This document shows, piece by piece, positions 1-10,797 of a stretch of 64,000 nucleotides of DNA. Position 1 is the stretch's first letter, and each line of letters starts with the position of its first letter. The position numbers and the translations under genes were made by a program. This DNA comes from Leptonemataceae bacterium (GTDB taxonomy: Bacteria > Spirochaetota > Leptospiria > Leptospirales > Leptonemataceae), in assembly GCA_965207725.1 (NCBI GenBank), contig OZ242290.1:861025-925024 (forward strand), given 5' to 3'. The notes beneath the pieces are model-generated. The model searched no databases. It worked only from the letters and a program-made list of their open reading frames with translations, and was not told the DNA's origin.

Positions 1-72
1 AAAACTTGTAGAGCACTGCGCTTGGTAGCAAATTCTTCGAAATAGATACGTTTTAACCATGCAACTTCTTCT

Positions 73-1635
73 TTAAGTGAGTGCAGAAAATTTCTTGCGA
101 GATAAGGCAATTGCATTATTGATTTCCCTGTTATTGGCATTGAATAATTCTTTTAAATCGGCTACCATTGATAATTCTTTCACACGTTCTGGCAGATGGT
201 AAATAAAATCAACTGCATCAGAATAGATACCTGAAACTTGATTCTCAAAATGAGCAAAGGCTTGGCGGATCTTATTCAGTTGCGGATCCAACTCAAGTGT
301 TTCAGAATTTACTGTTTCAGTTAAATGTGGGTCACGAGGTTTGAGATTTACTTCTGGATCAGCTTGAAAAATGTTCCTATTTGCTAAATTGTTCTCGAGC
401 GTGGTAATCCCCAATCCATTGCGAAAGAGATGAGCTGCATCGACTCTCTTTTGCCCTGAGGATGTTCTCATCTGGTGAAATAAAAGATTGGCAAAGTATA
501 AGGCATCTTCTTCGTAATTTGTAGAATATTTATTCTGTAATAGCTGATAGCCAGCGCGCACACTACGAAAAATTAATTGACTGCCGGGATCTACATAGGA
601 AGCAAGGAAATTAGCAATATCGAAATTCCCAGTAAGATTGCCATTCTGGTCATAAGAGAGACTCTGCAACAATGTATTGGTAAAATTTCCGGCGCCCAAA
701 TAATTCACTAGACTCCCGCCAAGTCCTTGAAACCAGTCTGCATCAGAAATTCTTTTATTGCTAACAAAAAAACTCTCGGTAAATTTTCCCGTCCTTGTCT
801 TTTTTTATTGAGAAACGCTAATCCGAATTGTTCTTTAATGGCGAGGGCATCTGGCGATTGATCATAAATTTTCTGCCAAACAATATTTTTTTCTTCGGGG
901 ATGGTCAATTGAATTTGAATTTGACTTAAGTCTTGTAGATTATTCCAAGTGAGTAGTGACGTATGATTTGCAGCTTGCTTTTTTCCTTGAGGAAGAGCAT
1001 AAGCAATCAATTGATTGAGTACCCTGTTTGCTTCAAGTTCCACCTGATCTACTTTTATTCTTTGTAATTGGTTTTGAATCTGGATACGCGATAGTGTCAG
1101 CGGATTCATCCAGCCGGCTTGTCGTTGTGAGCGTGCCTGTCTTTCTCGCTGCTCTATTTTTTTTTTCTCCTCGTTCCAATAATAATTGCTGGTATTCAGT
1201 CATGGTTTCTAGATAGATGGACAACCCTTCCAATTGTATCTGACTTTGTAATATCTTCGCTCTATCATTGAGATTTTGGATTTGCATCAGATTGATCTTT
1301 CGATCGATCTGGTTCCTCCCACCATCGTAGATAGGTTGATTGATTTGAATCTGCCAATGGTTGCTCGTTTGATCGCTATTACTGTTTGCAACAACACGGT
1401 CTCTTTGGACGCTCAAATTGACCGATGGCAGGTATCTTCTCAAGCGTGCCTTTTTTTGCTGTAGTAAGACTTTTTTTTCTAGCTTTAATGCCTGCTGACG
1501 AGAGTCATTTTTAAGAGCGAGCTTTTGCAAATCATGCAAAGTCCAAAGCTGCTCGCTTTTCAATTGACTATGCTTTGTTAAAACTAGAAGTGAAAAAAAA
1601 ATGATAAATAAATTATAGATAAGATTTTTTTTCAT
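73..1635 (-). pseudogene. TolC-family outer-membrane efflux protein, disrupted by two frameshifts (pieces 1033..1635, 708..1109, 73..708)
   Basis: Three consecutive minus-strand ORFs in different frames; the first piece overlaps the second by 77 nt and the second abuts the third. The first piece has a signal peptide (MKKNLIYNLFIIFFSLLVL) followed by a TolC/OEP-like helical repeat pattern. Frame breaks coincide with a T10 run (1157-1166) and a T7 run (800-806). The out-of-frame tail of piece 1 is low-complexity read-through. Confidence 0.55.
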
Positions 1636-2378
1636 AATTGAGATGATTCAAACGATTGAAAGTTGCTTTTGAGCTGCGATCCTCTATTTTTATAGTAATT
1701 CTCTTTTTTCGGCAACTTGAGAACATGAAAAATGTTTGCAAGTTGGTAGTGTGCTTTTATAAAAAACCCTTCAAAACGCAAAATATAAGAGAGTTCGTTG
1801 ATTGCTAAAGGATATTCTTTTTGCCTGTGGTAATATTCTGCCAATAGTAGATGAGCGTGTAAATCGTCGGGATCCTCCATTACGATTTTTTTTAGAGAAG
1901 AAGGCAAGAAAGTGGTGTGCGGATCGAGCAAAGAGATCCTTGCCTTCCATTTGATCCATTGACGATGATCTAAAAAATGAGGATGCTTGTCTTCAGTTTC
2001 TGCTATGAGTCGTTGCGCCAATTTGACCTCATTGCGAACTAAGTATACTCGCAAAATTGCGATCTGTAACGGTAGATACCAAGAATATTCGTTAGATAAA
2101 TTCATTAAGATTGGCTGGGCCAGGGTAACATTCTGTTGTTCTAAGAATTTAAGAGCCTTCCTGAATTCTTTTTGATCCTCTTTTTTCGGTAGATGATTGA
2201 ACGTCAGAGGTTGCTTGGACAGCAGATGTCCATATTGATGGATCCAGCCCGCAGCAAGTAAAAGTAAAGCCACGCAAATCAAATGATTTGCAAGCTTGCC
2301 CAGCCTATATCTGTTTCGCATACGAGCAAACGTTAGTAGACTTTTCTTTCTTTTTTGCACATCGTTTAAAACGTGCAA
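1632..2378 (-). CDS. hypothetical membrane-anchored protein with TPR-like helical repeats
   Basis: 248 aa with one N-terminal TM helix (LICVALLLLAAGWI) and a helical repeat region. It overlaps the downstream TolC-like gene by 4 nt, so the two are probably co-transcribed. Confidence 0.45.
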   Translation of the reverse strand: MHVLNDVQKRKKSLLTFARMRNRYRLGKLANHLICVALLLLAAGWIHQYGHLLSKQPLTFNHLPKKEDQKEFRKALKFLEQQNVTLAQPILMNLSNEYSWYLPLQIAILRVYLVRNEVKLAQRLIAETEDKHPHFLDHRQWIKWKARISLLDPHTTFLPSSLKKIVMEDPDDLHAHLLLAEYYHRQKEYPLAINELSYILRFEGFFIKAHYQLANIFHVLKLPKKENYYKNRGSQLKSNFQSFESSQL

Positions 2379-2402
2379 AGGTGTTCAATGTTTCAAAAAA
2401 AT

Positions 2403-4049
2403 TTAGATTTTTACTGGTTCTAACGATTGCAGATCATTTTGGATTTGTAGAATGATTTTTCTTTTATAGAGCAATGCCAACTTAGTTCTTCGTCGAAAAA
2501 AATCTTGCCACTCTTCAACGTATTCAAATTGACGACAAAAAAACCATTCAAATTTGATTACCCCACAATCCTCAATCATCTCTTGCCAAAGTTCTTTTTT
2601 GCTTTCTGATTTTCTTAATTTCTCTAAGAAAACTTCGCTATGTAATAGATAGCGAGACCAGAGTCTTTGAGCCAGTTTTTCACTTTTCTCTGTTGAGTAG
2701 TATTGGTTCAGGAAAGAAGAAAAGTTATGAATTGCCTGATTTTTTAAATGTAGATTTTCGCCGTACCAAATTGAATTTCTCTTTGTTGTCTTGGCGGACG
2801 GTGGGAAAATTTGTATTTTTTTTAGCTGATTCAATACATCTTGTGCAATGTTAATGCAGTCTGTGAGCTTTCCACCTAATACTGCGAGAATTCTTTTATC
2901 TGGATAAACTTCTACAGCATGATTGCGCGAGAGCGAGAGCCATGATTTTTCTTTCTTTTTTTTTCTGGAGCTATGAAGATTTCTTTTTGTTTTTTTTGCT
3001 ACCAGAGTGCGAACGCCACAACGATCGCTAATGAGTTCGCTCGCGGGAAAATGATATTCACTGCCAAGGTGGTTCTGTAAGTTACTTCTAATAAATTCTC
3101 TATCTTCATCGTTTGCTTGATAAACTGGTTGATCGACGCGGGTATCGGTGGTGCCAATGCAAAGGGTTTGTTCCATTGGAATGACAAAGAAGGGACGGTG
3201 ATCGGAGGAAAGAAACGAGACGATGAAGTTTTGCAAATCTTTTTTTTTATCTTGTCCATCCGGTCGTGGATAGATCGAATGAATTCCTTTGGAAAAAAGA
3301 AGACTATATTTGCTAGACACTCCAATGAGCTTATTGATTTTTTGAATTTCGGCACCGCAGGCATTGATCAGAAACTTTGCGTGAATCTGCAGAGGAGCTT
3401 CAGCAGCTTGTGCTGTCTTTTGATCGCTCACCTTTATTTGCCAGATGTTCTTTTGTTCGATATCAATGACCTTGGTATAATTGCAAACAATGGCACCGAG
3501 ATGTTCTGCCTGGCGGATAAACGAATAGACAAATCGAGCATCATTCTCCACTAATATTGCGTCGGAATAGACGACAGCAAAGCGGTAGCGTGAGTTTTTT
3601 AGAGTTTTGGCAATAAAATGTTTTTTCCCATTAAAGACAAACTCTGGAGTTTGGGTTGCACACGATCCCATCAACCAATAAAACCAAGCTCCCAAATACA
3701 CTAAAAGAGATTTCCAAAAATTCAGTAAGAGGCAAAATCGAATTTCCTCTACTTGGCTGGGACAATGTTTCACAAGTAAGTTGCGGGCAAGGCAGAGTTT
3801 GCGTACTAACTTGAATTCACCATTTTCTAAATATTTGATACCACCCCAGATAAAATTTGAGCTCTCTTGGCTAGTCTGACTGGCAAAATCACCCTGATCA
3901 AGGACGACTACTCGATATCCTGCATCGGCCAAGGCAAGAGTGATTGCTGCTCCTTGAATACCCGCTCCGATAACACAGACATCATATTCTCTGGCAGTTA
4001 AAGCCTGCAGATTTCTTTTCCTTTTGGCAGAAGGAGAAAGCGCTATCAT
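2403..4049 (-). CDS. glpD: FAD-dependent glycerol-3-phosphate dehydrogenase (GlpD/GlpA family)
   Basis: N-terminal FAD Rossmann fold (VCVIGAGIQGAAITLALADAGYRVVVLD), 548 aa, and a GGKLT motif near the C-terminal domain. Confidence 0.65.
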   Translation of the reverse strand: MIALSPSAKRKRNLQALTAREYDVCVIGAGIQGAAITLALADAGYRVVVLDQGDFASQTSQESSNFIWGGIKYLENGEFKLVRKLCLARNLLVKHCPSQVEEIRFCLLLNFWKSLLVYLGAWFYWLMGSCATQTPEFVFNGKKHFIAKTLKNSRYRFAVVYSDAILVENDARFVYSFIRQAEHLGAIVCNYTKVIDIEQKNIWQIKVSDQKTAQAAEAPLQIHAKFLINACGAEIQKINKLIGVSSKYSLLFSKGIHSIYPRPDGQDKKKDLQNFIVSFLSSDHRPFFVIPMEQTLCIGTTDTRVDQPVYQANDEDREFIRSNLQNHLGSEYHFPASELISDRCGVRTLVAKKTKRNLHSSRKKKKEKSWLSLSRNHAVEVYPDKRILAVLGGKLTDCINIAQDVLNQLKKIQIFPPSAKTTKRNSIWYGENLHLKNQAIHNFSSFLNQYYSTEKSEKLAQRLWSRYLLHSEVFLEKLRKSESKKELWQEMIEDCGVIKFEWFFCRQFEYVEEWQDFFRRRTKLALLYKRKIILQIQNDLQSLEPVKI

Positions 4050-4098
4050 TTTTTACATGAATTTTCCTATTTGAAGAATATTAGCATGATCTGTGGTA

Positions 4099-5403
4099 TT
4101 ATTTATGTAAATTCAGGCGCCGATAAATCGCACCGATATTTTTAGTATAATTCGTACTATCAAAAATTTTTGTAAGAGTTTCTCTATTCAGGATTTTGGA
4201 GATTTTCTCGTCTTTTTCCAATTCCTTTTGGAAATCTAATTTCTCATCTTTCCAGACTTTCATGGCAATTTTTTGTAGCGATTCATAGGCTTCATTTTTA
4301 TCGATCCCTTTATTGACCAAATTGAGCATCACATGTTGGGAGAAGATCAAGCCGCGGGTGGTATTGAGGGTTTTTTTTATTGCCTGCGGATAGATCTGTA
4401 AATTCTTGATGACAAAACACATTCTCTCTAACATATATTCGCTTAAGATGAGAGTGTCCGGTAAAATAATTCTCTCATTGCTTGAATGAGAGATATCTCG
4501 CTCATGCCACAACGCCATATTGCGCAAACTGACTTGCAAATTAGCTTGGATGACGCGAGCCATTCCACAGATACGTTCACAGATTACTGGATTTCTTTTA
4601 TGGGGCATAGCACTGGAACCTTTTTGTCCCACCATAAAGGGTTCTTCAATTTCTCGGCTTTCTGTCTTCTGTAACAGACGGATTTCTTGGGCAAGACGAT
4701 CCAGAGTACCAGCAAGCAAGGCAAGGGCACTCATCATTTCACCGATACGATCTCGTGAGATCACTTGGGTTGAGATAGGATCAACTTCTAGGTCTAAGAG
4801 CCGGCAAACTTCTTCTTCAAAATCTGGCGTGAGTACCGAATAACTACCAACCGCCCCGCTGATTTTCCCAACTGCAATCGATTTCATCGTAGTGGTCAGA
4901 CGTTCTTTTTGTCTCATTAATTCGGCGTAGAAATGTGCAAATTTTAAACCAAGTGTGGTGATTTCCGCATGGACGCCATGAGTCCGACCAATCATAATTT
5001 GATCTTGATAGAGTTGTGCTTTTTCTTTGACTTCTGTAATCAGAGTGAGCAGCCTTTTTTCGATCACCTGTAAGCCATCGCGTAATTGCAAGGCGAGGGC
5101 GGTATCTACGACATCGGAGCTGGTAAGACCATAATGAATATAGCGGCCGTCTGTTTCACCCACACTTTTTTTGACACTCATCAAGAATGCGATCACATCG
5201 TGGTGGACTTTCTTTTCGTTTTCTAAGATTTCTTGTGCATCAAACGTGGCATTTTTTTTGATATTTTCTAGAGTCTTTTGGTCAAATAATCCACGCCGCT
5301 GCCAGACCTCACAGACCGCCAGTTCCACTCGTAACCAGTAGGTAAACGGTGCGGTGGCATAAAAAATTTCTGCCATTTCTGTATTGATGTATCGAGGGAT
5401 CAT
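4099..5403 (-). CDS. purB: adenylosuccinate lyase
   Basis: 434 aa with the fumarate-lyase signature GSSAMPHKRNP and PurB-like N- and C-terminal regions. Confidence 0.9.
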   Translation of the reverse strand: MIPRYINTEMAEIFYATAPFTYWLRVELAVCEVWQRRGLFDQKTLENIKKNATFDAQEILENEKKVHHDVIAFLMSVKKSVGETDGRYIHYGLTSSDVVDTALALQLRDGLQVIEKRLLTLITEVKEKAQLYQDQIMIGRTHGVHAEITTLGLKFAHFYAELMRQKERLTTTMKSIAVGKISGAVGSYSVLTPDFEEEVCRLLDLEVDPISTQVISRDRIGEMMSALALLAGTLDRLAQEIRLLQKTESREIEEPFMVGQKGSSAMPHKRNPVICERICGMARVIQANLQVSLRNMALWHERDISHSSNERIILPDTLILSEYMLERMCFVIKNLQIYPQAIKKTLNTTRGLIFSQHVMLNLVNKGIDKNEAYESLQKIAMKVWKDEKLDFQKELEKDEKISKILNRETLTKIFDSTNYTKNIGAIYRRLNLHK

Positions 5404-6005
5404 TGTTCGACTTCTTTCATTTTTTTGATGGCCTTTTTTATGTCTTGCCAGACTACTTTTTTGAGAGGACTTTTTTCACCGCCGTTACGGAGGACGTAGC
5501 TCGGATGAAAAATTGGCAAGACCGGTATCCCTGAGTACTGTCCCCAGATTCCATGGATTTTGGTAATGCCTGTGGTGGTGTTCAAAAGGAACTTTGTGGC
5601 AGGTGATCCCAGTGCAATGATAATTTTTGGTTTGATCAAGCTAATTTGCTTTTTTAAATAACCGTGACATGCGACAATCTCACTTTCTTGGGGTGGTCGA
5701 TCTTTGGTTTTCTCACCGATCTGTAAATAAGGGCGGCATTTCAATAAGTTAGTAATGAATGTTTCTCGCTGGCGATCAAGCTGCATCCCATTTTCAATAA
5801 TCCGTGTCAACAGTTGCCCAGCGGGACCAATAAAGGGGCGACCACTCAAATCTTCTTGCAGGCCGGGTGCTTCTCCAATGAACATAATTTTTGCTGTTGC
5901 TGATCCTTCGCCAAAGACAGTTTGCTTGCGTCCTTGTGCTAACGGACAGAGCGTACAATCAGCAACGATATCCTTGAGTTGACTTAATTCCTGTTGAATA
6001 TTCAT
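5400..6005 (-). CDS. uracil-DNA glycosylase, family 4
   Basis: The motif GEAPGLQEDLSGRPFIGPAGQLL matches the UDG4 active site (GEAPG...GxPFxGxAG), with Fe-S cysteines near the N-terminus. The gene overlaps the purB start by 4 nt. Confidence 0.85.
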   Translation of the reverse strand: MNIQQELSQLKDIVADCTLCPLAQGRKQTVFGEGSATAKIMFIGEAPGLQEDLSGRPFIGPAGQLLTRIIENGMQLDRQRETFITNLLKCRPYLQIGEKTKDRPPQESEIVACHGYLKKQISLIKPKIIIALGSPATKFLLNTTTGITKIHGIWGQYSGIPVLPIFHPSYVLRNGGEKSPLKKVVWQDIKKAIKKMKEVEQ

Positions 6006-6177
6006 GAGTTCCTTCAGTTCCTTCTTGGTTTATGATGGTTCTTTTGTCATCTATTATAGGGGCAGCTTCATTTGCAACCGCAGATTATTGGTTGGCAATA
6101 AAGAATTTAGAAGATAAGCATTGATCTTCTCTTTAGATCTGCAAGTCTTGACCGAACCAGCAAATAAACAAATAGTA

Positions 6178-7338
6178 ATGGCAAAAAAAATTTTGATCAT
6201 TCGCATGTCATCAATAGGTGATATCGTCTTGACTACAGCACTGATTCGCTGTCTGAAAAAACAAATTCCTCAGGTTCATCTCGATTACCTCTGCAAGGAA
6301 AAATATGGTGAGATTCTGAAGTACAATCCATACCTCAATCGTCTCTATCATTATCCAAAGAAAAAAAAATCCCAGCGTCTGCTCAGGGCGATTCTCAAAA
6401 AAAATGAGTACGATTGGGTGATTGATTTACAAAATAATCTCCGTAGTCATTATCTGTGTTCTATGATTCGGCGTTCCAACACGCAAATCTCACGTCTGGA
6501 AAAATATCGCTGGCAGCGTTGGCTGCACTGTAAATTGAAAATCGGAAAATACTCTAGCCAAGTTCATATCGTAGAAAAAACATTTTTGGCTGTCAAAACA
6601 CATAAACGCAGGTGGGTTGTCAATTCTGCTCATGTGAGTTCGTCAGTCGCTCATCAGCAGATTCGGATTGAAAACGATGGGCAAGGTTTAGACTTTTTTT
6701 TCCCAAAACAACTTACACAACAAGACGCCGACTTGTTAAAAGCTGGACTACCGCAAACAGAATATGTGGCTTTGGTGATTGGTGCGACTTATCAGACAAA
6801 AAAATTACCGTTGGAAAAACTGAGTGCATTGGTGCACCAGTTATCGCCGATTTTACCGCTTGTGATTGTGGGTGGCAAAAGCGAAGAAGAAGTTGCCCAA
6901 AAAATCACTATGGATATGGCGGCGACAAAGCAAGCGCAACAGCCGATTAATTTTTGTAATCGCCTCTCTCTTTTTGGTTCGGCCTGGGTTCTTAAGCGAT
7001 CGCAGGTTGTGATTAGTTATGATACCGGTCTGATGCACATTGCTGCTGCACTTAAAAAAAACGTAATCACAATTTGGGGAAACACTTCACCTCTCTTTGG
7101 TATGTGGCCTTACTACGGACAGAATTTTATCGAGCATTTTTCAAAGAATGTAGTAGGGGGGTCAAAGCAAATAAAACAAACCAGCCCCTTCCAAGTGATT
7201 CAGGTAGAAGGTCTTGCCTGCCGCCCGTGTTCACATTTGGGATATGCTCGATGCCCTAAAAAACATTTTCGCTGCATGCGATTGATCCAGATCGAGGAAA
7301 TAGTCAGGCAGGCAAAGGGCTATCTGACTTGTTTTTAG
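6178..7338 (+). CDS. glycosyltransferase family 9 (LPS heptosyltransferase-like)
   Basis: The N-terminus ILIIRMSSIGDIVLTTALIRCLKK is the classic GT9 RfaF/RfaC opening. The start is placed at MAKKIL, downstream of the ORF-track start at 6121. Confidence 0.8.
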   Translation: MAKKILIIRMSSIGDIVLTTALIRCLKKQIPQVHLDYLCKEKYGEILKYNPYLNRLYHYPKKKKSQRLLRAILKKNEYDWVIDLQNNLRSHYLCSMIRRSNTQISRLEKYRWQRWLHCKLKIGKYSSQVHIVEKTFLAVKTHKRRWVVNSAHVSSSVAHQQIRIENDGQGLDFFFPKQLTQQDADLLKAGLPQTEYVALVIGATYQTKKLPLEKLSALVHQLSPILPLVIVGGKSEEEVAQKITMDMAATKQAQQPINFCNRLSLFGSAWVLKRSQVVISYDTGLMHIAAALKKNVITIWGNTSPLFGMWPYYGQNFIEHFSKNVVGGSKQIKQTSPFQVIQVEGLACRPCSHLGYARCPKKHFRCMRLIQIEEIVRQAKGYLTCF

Positions 7339-7349
7339 CTCGAGAGGTA

Positions 7350-8927
7350 CTATTGATTCTTTTGCTTGTTTAGGTTTTTTAAAAAATCTACCGTTTTTAA
7401 GGCAATGCCATCAAAAGAACCGTTGGATAAAAATACCAAGGTGGTAGCTTTCATATTTTTGTGTTGATTCCTTTTATCATTCTGCCAATTTTTTTTGAAT
7501 TTTTCCAATAATTCTTGGGGATTTTTTCCATAATGTGCACAATCTGCTCTAGTTTTAATATTTTTCTGGGGCACAGATTTTTTCTGATTGATTGCATGAA
7601 CAATTGAGCGGCTATCCAATAGATTTTCTCGAGAGAATTTTTGTTTGTTAAAAACTGCGCTCAGGTAGATCTGATCTGCTTGCGCCAGTGAATCGATGTA
7701 GCCTTGGGTAAAGGATCGATGATGCGATGAGTTACTGCGCGGTTCAAAAAACACGACGATTTGTGTCAGCGAATTTAATTCACGAATTACTTGAATCAAG
7801 CCACTAACCGCAGTTGGATGATGAGCAAAGTCCTCATATACCGCCAGCAATCCGTCTTTACTTTGATAGAGAAGCTCCTGTCGGCGTTTTACTCCTTGAA
7901 AACTCGCCAGGCTCTGGTTGATAGAATTTTGCGAAAGTGAAAAATTTTTGCGCGGCTCAGTTCTTAAAAGAAACTGAAGAGTGAGGAGAGCCGCCATGGT
8001 GTTTTGCCGATTGATTTCTCCCGCCAGATCTGCTGGTAGTTGGAGATCGAGAGATTCACCTGGTGTCTCGAAAATCCAATGATCATTTTTTTGCCGATAC
8101 GAAAAAAACTGGAATTGTGCAAGACGATTGCTTGGGAGTTCCTGGTGGAATCGTTGTAGAGATGCTAATTTATCTGGTGAGCAATAGAAGACGACTGGTG
8201 AGAGTGCGTGTTCTTGCAGCATTTCACATATCTGCGGATAGTTCCCGTTGGCCACGATCAGGCCGTTTTCAGGTACCATGCGGATCGCCAAAATAAAAGC
8301 TCTTTGATAAGCAGCAAAATCAGGATAGATATCTAAGTGATCGTATTCCAACGAGGTGATCAGCAGAACGGTTGGAAAATAATGAAGAAATTTAGCCTGT
8401 TTATCAAAAAAAGCACTATCGTATTCATCGCCTTCAATCACAAAGAGATCATCTTTGCCCAATCTGGCACCAGCTTCACCATTTTTCAAGAAACCACCGC
8501 AAAATAAACCTGGTCGATATCCAGCGTGACCAAGCAGATGATCAATCAGAAAAGTAGTCGTTGTTTTGCCGTGGGTACCGCTCACAACAATATTTTTTTT
8601 CTTGAGCAAGAGCAACGAGTGGATGACCTGCGGCATGCTAAAAATAGGTAATTGCTGTGCAAGGGCAAATTCTAAGGCACGATTACCGCGTGAAATTGCA
8701 TTGCCTACGATCACTGCATCGGGCGCTTTCAGATCCTCTTGATTGAAATCATGATAATCAATGCCCCATTGTTCTAGTTTATGAGAAACCGGCGGATAGA
8801 GTTGCTTGTCCGAGCCAGATACTCGATAACCAAGTTTCTTTAACAGGTAGGCTAGCTGAGCCATAGCAATACCACCGATGCCAATCAAGTGAAAATGCAT
8901 TTTCTGATTTGTTTTGCTGAGAATCAT
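7350..8927 (-). CDS. mpl: UDP-N-acetylmuramate:L-alanyl-gamma-D-glutamyl-meso-diaminopimelate ligase
   Basis: Mur ligase motifs VSGTHGKTTTT, EGDEYDSAFFDKQAKFLHY, YEDFAHHPTAV and FEPRSN, with an Mpl-like N-terminus (HLIGIGGIAMAQLA...YPPVS). The real start may be the MHFHL codon at 8900. There is an insertion of about 25 aa near the C-terminus. Confidence 0.8.
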   Translation of the reverse strand: MILSKTNQKMHFHLIGIGGIAMAQLAYLLKKLGYRVSGSDKQLYPPVSHKLEQWGIDYHDFNQEDLKAPDAVIVGNAISRGNRALEFALAQQLPIFSMPQVIHSLLLLKKKNIVVSGTHGKTTTTFLIDHLLGHAGYRPGLFCGGFLKNGEAGARLGKDDLFVIEGDEYDSAFFDKQAKFLHYFPTVLLITSLEYDHLDIYPDFAAYQRAFILAIRMVPENGLIVANGNYPQICEMLQEHALSPVVFYCSPDKLASLQRFHQELPSNRLAQFQFFSYRQKNDHWIFETPGESLDLQLPADLAGEINRQNTMAALLTLQFLLRTEPRKNFSLSQNSINQSLASFQGVKRRQELLYQSKDGLLAVYEDFAHHPTAVSGLIQVIRELNSLTQIVVFFEPRSNSSHHRSFTQGYIDSLAQADQIYLSAVFNKQKFSRENLLDSRSIVHAINQKKSVPQKNIKTRADCAHYGKNPQELLEKFKKNWQNDKRNQHKNMKATTLVFLSNGSFDGIALKTVDFLKNLNKQKNQ

Positions 8928-9131
8928 GAAAGTTAATATTGCCCTAGGCAGCAGAATTATGTCTACCAGTCATGCTGATACTGTATTTTTTGTCATATAG
9001 AATTTGTCTATTTTGTAAAGAGTCAAAGAAGTCCGCTGCTGGTATACGTTTTTATTTCAGTAGCTTTTTACAGGGGAATAGCTGAAGTCGACAATGTAAA
9101 TCGAAGATTCGATTACGGTTGAGCCAATGGC

Positions 9132-9716
9132 TCAAAAAAAACTTTTATAAAGGAACAGAACATTTTGCCAAACATTCAGAATAAACAAGACTATAGCGAG
9201 GGGAATCAAGAAAAAAATCATAGACATGAGGTTGTGTCCCCAAATGACTGCGTGTGATTTTTTCTTTGCTCGAGCATAGAGATCTACTGCTAAAAACTGA
9301 GCATAGACTAAACTTATCAGCAAAAAAATAATTCCTAGCCCCGGATGAAAGAAAAAGAATGGAAAACTTGCCCCCACACTGAGATGTGCTAATAATGAAA
9401 AATGATTGATTTTTTCTGCACGCTCACTGACCGGTGAACCAAAGTAGTACTGAACATAGTCGTGCGAACTTGCCAGCACCAAAGAAATCACCAGTAATCC
9501 ACAGGGGATTGCATAGTACTTCAAAGAAAAAAGCGAATAGTACATGGCGAATGGCGATGACAAGAGGAATGGCAAGATCAACAGATAGATCGGCAAATGG
9601 AGGCGCCAAATCACTTGATTTTTATGGAGACCATCCCATTTTTTAAGATCCTCTAAAAGATCATGAGGACGATAATACAGTTTTTCTAAGATTGCAATCG
9701 CCTGTCTTAAATTCAT
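9132..9716 (-). CDS. hypothetical polytopic membrane protein
   Basis: 194 aa with five or more hydrophobic helices; no recognisable catalytic motif. Confidence 0.45.
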   Translation of the reverse strand: MNLRQAIAILEKLYYRPHDLLEDLKKWDGLHKNQVIWRLHLPIYLLILPFLLSSPFAMYYSLFSLKYYAIPCGLLVISLVLASSHDYVQYYFGSPVSERAEKINHFSLLAHLSVGASFPFFFFHPGLGIIFLLISLVYAQFLAVDLYARAKKKSHAVIWGHNLMSMIFFLIPLAIVLFILNVWQNVLFLYKSFF

Positions 9717-9906
9717 GCAAAGTTCATTTTTTGTAATTCAGCTGAATGCTACAGCCCTCCGATCTCACCACCGCTTGCTGCTCTCATTGGATGATCGGTT
9801 ATTCTTTCTTAACCTACTCTTTAATCTCTTATTGAATCTGGGCATCATCGGAAATTCTTAAAATTAGAGCAACTCTTTTGCCTGCCCTCCCCATCAAAGA
9901 CAGAAA

Positions 9907-10443
9907 TTATTGCGATAGATGTTTGAGTGCGTCCTGATAATCTGGTTCGTCAGTTATTTCTGGCACAAGCTGAGCATAGCTGATCTCATCTCGATTATTT
10001 TTATTTTCTGAAATAAAAACTGCCCGGGCAGAAAGTCCGCTGAGCGGCCCGTTAGTCATCGCCACCCCTAAACCCTCCGCAACTCCTGAATTTCGATAAT
10101 GAGAGTATGCTTGAATTTGATCGATTTGGTGCTGATCAAAAAATCTTTTTTGTGCAAAGGGTAAATCTGCGGAAATCATAACTACGGTAAAATCGTTTGC
10201 AGAATCTGCTTCACGGATTTTTTTTATCTGTTCGTTGAATTTTTTTACTTCATTAGCACAAACGTCGGTGTCTACACTTGGTAGCGTGAGGATCATTTTT
10301 TTGCCTTGGATGTCCCCGAGTGAACTTTCTTTTAGATCAGGGGAAATCAAGGAATTATTTGGAAGAGAATCTCCAATTTCTGGGAAGTCTTCTGCCAATT
10401 CTACTTTTTCATTATGGTGGAGGGTTACTTGCTTTTTACTCAT
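9907..10443 (-). CDS. tpx: thiol peroxidase (atypical 2-Cys peroxiredoxin, Tpx)
   Basis: Tpx motifs LPSVDTDVCANEVKKFN, SADLPFAQKRF and GLSARAVFI; 178 aa. Confidence 0.8.
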   Translation of the reverse strand: MSKKQVTLHHNEKVELAEDFPEIGDSLPNNSLISPDLKESSLGDIQGKKMILTLPSVDTDVCANEVKKFNEQIKKIREADSANDFTVVMISADLPFAQKRFFDQHQIDQIQAYSHYRNSGVAEGLGVAMTNGPLSGLSARAVFISENKNNRDEISYAQLVPEITDEPDYQDALKHLSQ

Positions 10444-10554
10444 ACTTTTACACCCCTAACATCTACTGACACACTCTCCTGTCAACATTTTCTTAGCCAT
10501 TTTTGCTTGTGGAGGATTTTTTTTTTGAAGTTTCTCTTTACACATGAAGGAGCA

Positions 10555-10797
10555 TTATTGAAAAAACTCGCGAACCACTGCAGTTACATCACCAATGCCA
10601 ATCAACAAGAAAAGCCATGCGAGACGAAAATGGATCCGTTTTTTAAAGCGAGTTTGTTTATCTCCACGAAAATAGGAGATAATCATAAAAAGACTCCAAG
10701 CGGTCATGAGCAATCCGACTAAAGCCGTCAGCATTAAAGCGAATATTTGAAAAAATTGTGGAATCTCAATCATTTCTAGAGTCCATTCTATAAACAA
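10555..10797 (-). CDS. small hypothetical membrane protein (2 TM)
   Basis: 80-aa ORF with two hydrophobic helices. Orientation fits its neighbours, but there is no other support. Confidence 0.3.
   Translation of the reverse strand: MFIEWTLEMIEIPQFFQIFALMLTALVGLLMTAWSLFMIISYFRGDKQTRFKKRIHFRLAWLFLLIGIGDVTAVVREFFQ

Noticed and set aside
3117-3554. 145-aa plus-strand ORF
   Set aside because: It lies entirely antisense within the well-supported glpD-like gene and has no motifs or RBS. It is a typical spurious ORF in AT-rich sequence.
10414-10722. 102-aa plus-strand ORF
   Set aside because: It overlaps the minus-strand 80-aa two-TM ORF and also the tpx 5' end. Neither small ORF is strongly supported. 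The minus-strand one is kept at low confidence because its orientation matches its neighbours.
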